Assembly: GCA_963711835.1 (NCBI GenBank)
Contig: CAVQFQ010000006.1
Span: 64,001-128,000, forward strand
Direction: 5' to 3'
From: an uncultured delta proteobacterium
GTDB taxonomy: Bacteria; Desulfobacterota; RBG-13-43-22
DNA length: 64,000 nucleotides
Positions 58,324 through 64,000 of the stretch are shown in pieces. Every line of letters begins with the position of its first letter. Position 1 is the first letter of the stretch. The translations under genes were made by a program, and so were the position numbers. The notes beneath the pieces are model-generated. The model had not been told where the DNA came from and searched no databases. It saw only the letters and a list, made by a program, of their open reading frames with translations.

Positions 58324-58771
58324 GGAGATCCATCAGATTTTACCCCATCGCTATCCTTTTTTACTGGTAGACCGGATTCTGGATTACACCTTGAATGAAA
58401 AAATTACCGGTCTGAAAAACGTAACTATTAACGAGCCCTTTTTCCAAGGGCACTTCCCTGGCAAACCGATCATGCCCGGGGTCTTGATTGTGGAAGCCAT
58501 GGCCCAAGTGGGTGGTATTTTGGCCTACAAGTCGGCGTCTCACCTTATGGAGCGGAGGCTGTTCTATTTCATGGCCATGGACAAAGTTAAATTCAGAAGA
58601 CCGGTGGTCCCCGGCGACCAATTGATCCTGGAACTGGTAGCGTTGCGCCGCGGGCAGAGGGTCTGGAGGATGCAGGGAAAAGCCTTCGTCCGGGAGAACC
58701 TGGCCGCCGAGGCTGAACTAACGGCGGCGATTGCCGACGGTAAAGAGACCCTAACCGACGAGGAGGTCTAA
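58307..58771 (+). CDS. fabZ: 3-hydroxyacyl-ACP dehydratase FabZ
   Basis: [32 protein letters not shown]. Confidence 0.96.
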   Translation: MEISNEEIHQILPHRYPFLLVDRILDYTLNEKITGLKNVTINEPFFQGHFPGKPIMPGVLIVEAMAQVGGILAYKSASHLMERRLFYFMAMDKVKFRRPVVPGDQLILELVALRRGQRVWRMQGKAFVRENLAAEAELTAAIADGKETLTDEEV

Positions 58772-59556
58772 TGTCCCATTCTTTTATCCATCCGACTGCC
58801 ATCGTCGATCCCCAGGCTGAAATCGGGGAGAACGTTTCCATAGGGCCTTACGCGGTTATTGAAGGCGAGGTTTTTATTGACGCCGGCAGCGAAATCGGGG
58901 CCCATGTCTATATCGACCGCTATACCCGCATCGGCAAGAACTGCCGCATTTCTCCCTTTGCCTCCATCGGAACCCCCCCGCAGGATAAAAAGTTCAAAGG
59001 GGAGAAAACCGAGGTGTTGATCGGAGATGACAACGTTATCCGCGAGTTCGTGACCATCAATAGGGGTACTCCCGGGGGCGGCGGAGTTACCTCCCTGGGG
59101 GAAGAGAATCTGTTGATGGCTTATGTTCATGTGGCCCATGATTGCAAGTTGGGAAAGGGCATCGTGATGGCCAATGTAGCCACCCTGGCCGGGCACGTCG
59201 TTTTGGGCGATTATTCGGTAGTCGGCGGCCTGGCTGCGGTCCAGCAGTTCGTCCGGATCGGGGCCCACGCTTTCATAGGGGGAAAAACCGGGGTGGTCCA
59301 GGATATCCCTCCCTATGTCATTGCTTCCGGAGAAAGGGCCAAGTTGTTTGGGCTGAACATCGTCGGTTTAAAACGTCATGAATTTTCCAATGAGCTGATC
59401 GGGGCCTTAAAGAAGGCCTATCAAATTGTAATTCGCTCTCACCTGACCATCCAGGAGGCGATGATTCGAGTCGAGAAGGAGGTCCCTTCTTTCCCGGAAA
59501 TCAGCACCTTTTTGGAATTTATCCGCAATTCGCAAAGAGGTATCACCCGTCGATGA
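58771..59556 (+). CDS. lpxA: UDP-GlcNAc O-acyltransferase LpxA
   Basis: IHPTAIV, PQDKKF, IREFVTINRGT, HVAHDC, GLNIVGLKR. Confidence 0.96.
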   Translation: MSHSFIHPTAIVDPQAEIGENVSIGPYAVIEGEVFIDAGSEIGAHVYIDRYTRIGKNCRISPFASIGTPPQDKKFKGEKTEVLIGDDNVIREFVTINRGTPGGGGVTSLGEENLLMAYVHVAHDCKLGKGIVMANVATLAGHVVLGDYSVVGGLAAVQQFVRIGAHAFIGGKTGVVQDIPPYVIASGERAKLFGLNIVGLKRHEFSNELIGALKKAYQIVIRSHLTIQEAMIRVEKEVPSFPEISTFLEFIRNSQRGITRR

Positions 59557-60362
59557 CCGGTCCTTCCCCGATTGGTCTGATTGCCGGGAACGGCAACTTC
59601 CCTTTGTTGATTGCCCGGGCCGCCCAGGCCGAAGGGAAAAAGATCGTGGCCGTGGCCCATCGAGGGGAAACCCGCCCGGAACTGGAGCCCCTGGTTGAAA
59701 AGATCACCTGGATCCACCTGGGGGAGTTTGGGAAACTGGTTCGGGTTTTTAAGCAGGCAGGGGTAACGGAAGCCATCCTGGCCGGGGGGATCGATAAAAA
59801 GAAAATGTTTTCCAAGGTCCACCCGGACCTTAAGGGGATCAAGCTTCTGGCCAAACTGGCCCATCGCCGGGACGACTTTATTTTGAGAAGCGTGGCCTCC
59901 GAACTGGAGAAAGAGGGCGTCCGGATCCGTCCTTCAACCTCTTTTCTTCCCTCGCTACTGGCCCCTCCGGGGGTCCTGAGCCGCCGGCAGCCCTCTGCGG
60001 AGGAAGAAAAAGATATTCGTTTCGGGTGGTCTCTGGCCAAGGAATTGGGGAAGTTGGATATCGGCCAATGCCTGGTGGTTCGAAATGGGGCCGTTTTAGC
60101 GGTAGAGGCCATAGAAGGGACGGATGAGACCATCCGACGGGGGGGCCGGTTAGGCCGGGAGAAGACCGTGGTCATCAAGATCAGCAAGCCCGATCAGGAC
60201 CTGCGTTTTGATCTGCCGGCCGTTGGAGAACAAACCATTCAAACCATGCACGAGGTTAAGGCGGCGGTTTTGGTGATTGAGTCCCAGAAAACGATCCTCT
60301 TCGATCAAGAGGCCACGGTTAGTCTGGCCGACCGGTATCGGATGGCGATCGTTTCAAGATGA
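59553..60362 (+). CDS. lpxI: UDP-2,3-diacylglucosamine diphosphatase LpxI
   Basis: GLIAGNGNFP, DIGQC, AVEAIEGTD, KPDQDLRFDLPAVG. Confidence 0.93.
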   Translation: MTGPSPIGLIAGNGNFPLLIARAAQAEGKKIVAVAHRGETRPELEPLVEKITWIHLGEFGKLVRVFKQAGVTEAILAGGIDKKKMFSKVHPDLKGIKLLAKLAHRRDDFILRSVASELEKEGVRIRPSTSFLPSLLAPPGVLSRRQPSAEEEKDIRFGWSLAKELGKLDIGQCLVVRNGAVLAVEAIEGTDETIRRGGRLGREKTVVIKISKPDQDLRFDLPAVGEQTIQTMHEVKAAVLVIESQKTILFDQEATVSLADRYRMAIVSR

Positions 60363-60403
60363 GCCCCCTCTACGGCAACCGGGGATTGGGGTAAGGAGAA
60401 AGT

Positions 60404-60682
60404 ATGGAGCCCAAGTTATTGAACATCGGTTTCGGAAATTCAGTGGTCTCGGACCGGGTCATCGCCATTTTAACCCCGGCCTCTTCGCCCATGAAGCGAC
60501 TGCGGGAAGAGGCCCGGGAAGCCAAACGCCTGATCGATACCACTCAAGGCAGAAAGACGCGGTCCATTATCATTACCGACAGCAACCATGTCATTCTTTC
60601 GGCCATTCAGGCTGAGACCGTTGCCCAGCGCTATAGCCCGGATGGGTCGTCAAAAGAGGATGAGCCTAAAATTACCAAATAA
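60404..60682 (+). CDS. DUF370/RemA-family protein
   Basis: [38 protein letters not shown]. Confidence 0.92.
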   Translation: MEPKLLNIGFGNSVVSDRVIAILTPASSPMKRLREEAREAKRLIDTTQGRKTRSIIITDSNHVILSAIQAETVAQRYSPDGSSKEDEPKITK

Positions 60683-61253
60683 AACAGCCGGCAGCCTTTA
60701 TGTTCTCTCCGGTCCTTCCGGGGTGGGCAAGACCACGATACGGAAGGCACTGCTTAAAAAAAATTCGGGACTGCATTTTTCCGTCTCCTGGACGACCCGG
60801 GCTCGGCGTCCCGGTGAAAAGGCCGGGAAAGATTATCGGTTTGTTTCGAAAAAGGCTTTTGAGGAAAAAAAAGAGGCCCGGGCTTTTTTGGAGTGGGCTC
60901 GCGTTCACCAGGAATATTACGGCACTCCCCGGTCCCCGATCGAAGGGTGGATAGCCAAAGGGGAAGATGTCATCCTGGATATTGATATTCAAGGCGCCCG
61001 GCAGGTCAAAAAGAGAATCCCGCAGGCCGTGACTATCTTTGTTCTTCCCCCTTCAACCCGGGAGCTCAGGAATCGTTTGGTTAAACGAGAAACCGAGCCG
61101 GCGGCCGAGCTGTTGCTGAGATTAAAAAATGCCGAAAAGGAAATGCAGTCCTGGCGAGCTTTTGATTTTGTCGTCGTAAATAAGGAAATTCGCACCTCCG
61201 TGGCGGCCCTGGAGGCCATCATCAGGGCCGGACGTTTCAGGGTGCGGGTTTAA
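60660..61253 (+). CDS. gmk: Guanylate kinase
   Basis: [36 protein letters not shown]; ATG 60660. Confidence 0.95.
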   Translation: MSLKLPNKTAGSLYVLSGPSGVGKTTIRKALLKKNSGLHFSVSWTTRARRPGEKAGKDYRFVSKKAFEEKKEARAFLEWARVHQEYYGTPRSPIEGWIAKGEDVILDIDIQGARQVKKRIPQAVTIFVLPPSTRELRNRLVKRETEPAAELLLRLKNAEKEMQSWRAFDFVVVNKEIRTSVAALEAIIRAGRFRVRV

Positions 61254-61318
61254 ATCGGAATTATTCTCAACAACACCTGATCCCTTTCTAATCCCATTCG
61301 GGGGAAAGACCCAAGTTA

Positions 61319-62110
61319 ATGTCCCTTTCCCAGGAACCCCTCTCGACTGAATGGATTTGGGGTAAACAACCCATCCTGGAAATCCTTAGAAGTCATCCGC
61401 ACAAAATAAAGCAGGTTTTCATGCCCGCCTCTGACCAGGATCCCCTTCGGGAGGAAATAAGGGCCTTGTGCCGGCAGTTCCATATCCCCCTGACTTTTAA
61501 GGAAAGGTTCTGGTTTAATCAAAAACTGACCGGCTCTCCTCACCAGTCCGTAATAGCCCGGATGGAGAAAGAACAGCCCTTCCTGACCCTGGAGGCCTTC
61601 CTGGCCGGGATTAAAAATCTGCCGGGTCAATCCCCCCCGGTCCTCTTGGCTGTCGATCATGTCCAGGACCCTCGCAACCTGGGGGCCATGATCCGGACGG
61701 CCTACTGTGCCGGGGCGGGAGGTGTCATTGTGCCGAAAAAACGCGCCTGTCCGGTAACCGGCACGGTTCGAAAGGCGGCAGCCGGGGCCATGGAACATAT
61801 GCCCTTGGTTCAGGTAAGCAATCTGGTTCGCACCGTGGAACGCTTGAAGGAACAGGGGTTCTGGTCCCTCAGCCTGGAGGCCGGAGCATCCCATTCCCTG
61901 TACAGCCTGGATCTGACCCTGCCCCTGGTGGTGGTTATCGGGGGAGAAGGGAAAGGGGTCAGCCCCCTCCTTCAAAAAAGGTCCGATTGGGTGGCCTCGA
62001 TTCCCATGGCCGGGAAGCTCTCTTCCCTGAACGCTTCGGTGGCCTGCGCGGTGGTGCTTTATGAAATCTTCCGGCAGCGCAGGGAAAAGATCAAACCGAC
62101 TCATGGCTGA
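61319..62110 (+). CDS. rlmB: 23S rRNA Gm2251 methyltransferase RlmB (SpoU)
   Basis: DHVQDPRNLGAMIRTA, IGGEGKG, IPM.G..SLNASVA. Confidence 0.92.
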   Translation: MSLSQEPLSTEWIWGKQPILEILRSHPHKIKQVFMPASDQDPLREEIRALCRQFHIPLTFKERFWFNQKLTGSPHQSVIARMEKEQPFLTLEAFLAGIKNLPGQSPPVLLAVDHVQDPRNLGAMIRTAYCAGAGGVIVPKKRACPVTGTVRKAAAGAMEHMPLVQVSNLVRTVERLKEQGFWSLSLEAGASHSLYSLDLTLPLVVVIGGEGKGVSPLLQKRSDWVASIPMAGKLSSLNASVACAVVLYEIFRQRREKIKPTHG

Positions 62111-62224
62111 AACCGGTTTTCCTTAAAAAAATACCGGATTCACCTTATTTTATTTTTGAACCTTTTCTGGTAGTGTCGTTTAAGGTAATAACCGCAATTT
62201 ATTAATTGATGCAGGAGGAAACCA

Positions 62225-62617
62225 ATGAAAAAAAGTTTACTCGTTTTAGGATTGTTTTTATTTGCCGTCGGCAGCGTCTATGCCAAGGACTACGAGATAA
62301 CCAAAAAAGCCGATGATCTAACGGTTCAGGTCAGGATCGACAAGAATCCCCCCATAGTCGGACAAAACACGATGACCATACAACTCAAGGAAGCCTCCGG
62401 GAAAACAGTTACCGATGCCAAGGTGAAGGTGGATTACAGCATGCCCCCTATGCCGGGCATGGCCCCTATGGATTACAAGACCGATGCCGAATTGAAAGGA
62501 ACGGAGTACAAGGCCAAATTGAACTTCTCCATGGCCAGCGCCTGGAACGTGGTCGTTACGGTTACACCGCCTTCCGGAAAAGCCAAAAAGGTCCGGTTTA
62601 ATGTAGATGTTAAATAA
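62225..62617 (+). CDS. Exported YtkA/FixH-like Met-rich protein
   Basis: Signal peptide; PPIVGQN, VTDAKV, YSMPPMPGMAPM, FSMASAW. Confidence 0.8.
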   Translation: MKKSLLVLGLFLFAVGSVYAKDYEITKKADDLTVQVRIDKNPPIVGQNTMTIQLKEASGKTVTDAKVKVDYSMPPMPGMAPMDYKTDAELKGTEYKAKLNFSMASAWNVVVTVTPPSGKAKKVRFNVDVK

Positions 62618-62698
62618 ATCCTTCCTTGATCAGGGGGTTGGCCGGTTTTGGGAGGACAGGCCCCTTTCCCGAAGGTTCGGCGCTATCGGAGGTTTTTC

Positions 62699-63959
62699 AT
62701 GAATGTAATGATCTGGCCTTATTTTTATAATTATTTCAATTAGTTGTGTACTACCGGTCCGGGCTGCAGAGCTTCAGCTTCAGGAATTGATCCAGGAAGC
62801 CCTGAGTAAAAATCCTGAAATCCTGGCTTCCCGGTTCCTGGTCAAGGCCTCCGAGCATAAAATCCCTCAAGCGCGCAGCCTTCCCGACCCCATGTTCATG
62901 ACCGGCTATCAGAATGAAGGCTTCAGCGGCTACAAATACGGGGAGTCGTCCGATGCCCAGTGGATGTTTTCGATCTCCCAGATGTTTCCTTTTTATGGCA
63001 AGCGGGATTTGAAGGCTGAAATGGCCTCCAGGGAGAGCGAAGGCCTGAAGGCTTCTCTGGGAAGCCAGCGTCTCAAATTAATTGCCCGGGTCAAGGAACT
63101 CTACTTTGATCTTTTTCTGGCCTACAAGGACCGGGAAATTATCGGGGACAGGACCGATCTCTTCGCCAGGGTGGAAGAAGCGGCCCTGGCCCGCTACGCC
63201 AGCGGCCTGGGGCAGCAACAGGAAGTGCTCATGGCCCAGACCGAGAAATATATGCTGCTCGAAAAAGAGGAGATGTTAAATCAGAAGATCGAGGCCATCA
63301 ACGGGATGATCAATAGCCTCCTGAGCCGGGAAGTCGGGTCTCCCCTGGGCCGTCCGGCGGAACGGGCCGTTAGCCCTTTTCCCCAGGATCTCCAAGAACT
63401 CCTGAAACGGATGAAAGAAGATTCTCCGGACCTGAAATCCAAAGAAAAGATGGTCCTGGGTGCCGAAAGCAAAATCCGGATGGCCGAGAAAGAATATTAT
63501 CCCGATATCACTCTCAATGCCGGTTATTTTAAAAGAGGAGGAGAATTTGAAGACATGTGGAGCCTGACCGCGACCGTGAATGTACCCCTCTTTTATAGGA
63601 GTAAACAACGGCAGGGTGTCCTGGAGGCCAAGGCCCTCCGAGGTCAGGCTGAGGAAGAAATGACGGCCACCCAGAATATGCTGGCTTCCAGCCTGCGGGA
63701 AAATTACTCCATGATGAAAACAGGGGAAAAGCTCATGGAACTCTATCAGCAGGGCTTGATTCCCAAGGCCCAGCAGGACTTCCGCCTGGCCCTGGCCGGG
63801 TATGGAACCGGGAAGGTGGAGGCCCTGACGGTGATCAGCCGTTTGAAGACCTTCCTGGATGTGGAGCTCCTGTACTGGGGACAACGGGTGGAGCGGGAAA
63901 AGGCTATCGCCCGCCTTGAGGCCCTGGCCGGAATCAAGGATCCGGCTTTGATGCCCTAA
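62699..63959 (+). CDS. TolC-family outer membrane efflux protein of heavy-metal type (apparent +1 frameshift at 62717-62718)
   Basis: RBS and ATG 62699 give MNVMIW, which joins LIFIIISISCVLPVRAAEL in the 62787..63959 frame; NPEI, LPDP, ISQMFPFYGK, YYPD, VPLF, YGTGK. Confidence 0.85.
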
Positions 63960-64000
63960 AACCCGTCAAACGATTTTTGGTAAGAGATCAATTTGTAAGA

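Noticed and set aside
50408-62110. lysS to rlmB block
   Set aside because: Ordinary conserved envelope and housekeeping gene order. Nothing unexplained apart from the BamA N-terminal domain.
62225-63959. YtkA/FixH-like plus TolC pair as a novel system
   Set aside because: It matches the usual start of a Cus/Czc-type heavy-metal RND efflux operon that probably continues beyond the window.

Overview
A 64-kb window from an anaerobic Gram-negative bacterium. The HynBA hydrogenase, Wolinella-type frdCAB, W-family AOR, IspH-UbiA fusion, lpxI and Sec-containing SelD fit Desulfobacterota/deltaproteobacteria. Bases 47-62 kb are mostly housekeeping (ispH, dusB, lysS-lolCE-lolD-bamA-skp-lpxD-fabZ-lpxA-lpxI-remA-gmk-rlmB). 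The most unusual part is a ~12.5-kb minus-strand cluster: CcsA/ResB-like haem ligase, an exported CxxCH + two Moco-fold + CobM-fold fusion, APC permease, TonB receptor/ExbBD/TonB, a second exported CobM-like protein, two TupA paralogues (one without a signal peptide) and an OprO/P porin. Two of its promoters carry the same TATGTCAT-N2-ATGACATA palindrome that sits in an activator-like position upstream of the aor gene. I infer a W/Mo-regulated scavenging system of unknown chemistry. Other points: two UGA-Sec genes (selD, arsS); a 51-bp duplication of the arsS 3' end around an inserted block; several nested MITE/REP-like palindromic families with compensatory changes; and five single-base frameshifts that are probably assembly errors. 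No tRNA, rRNA, CRISPR array or transposase was recognised. All calls come from reading motifs by eye, not from database searches.
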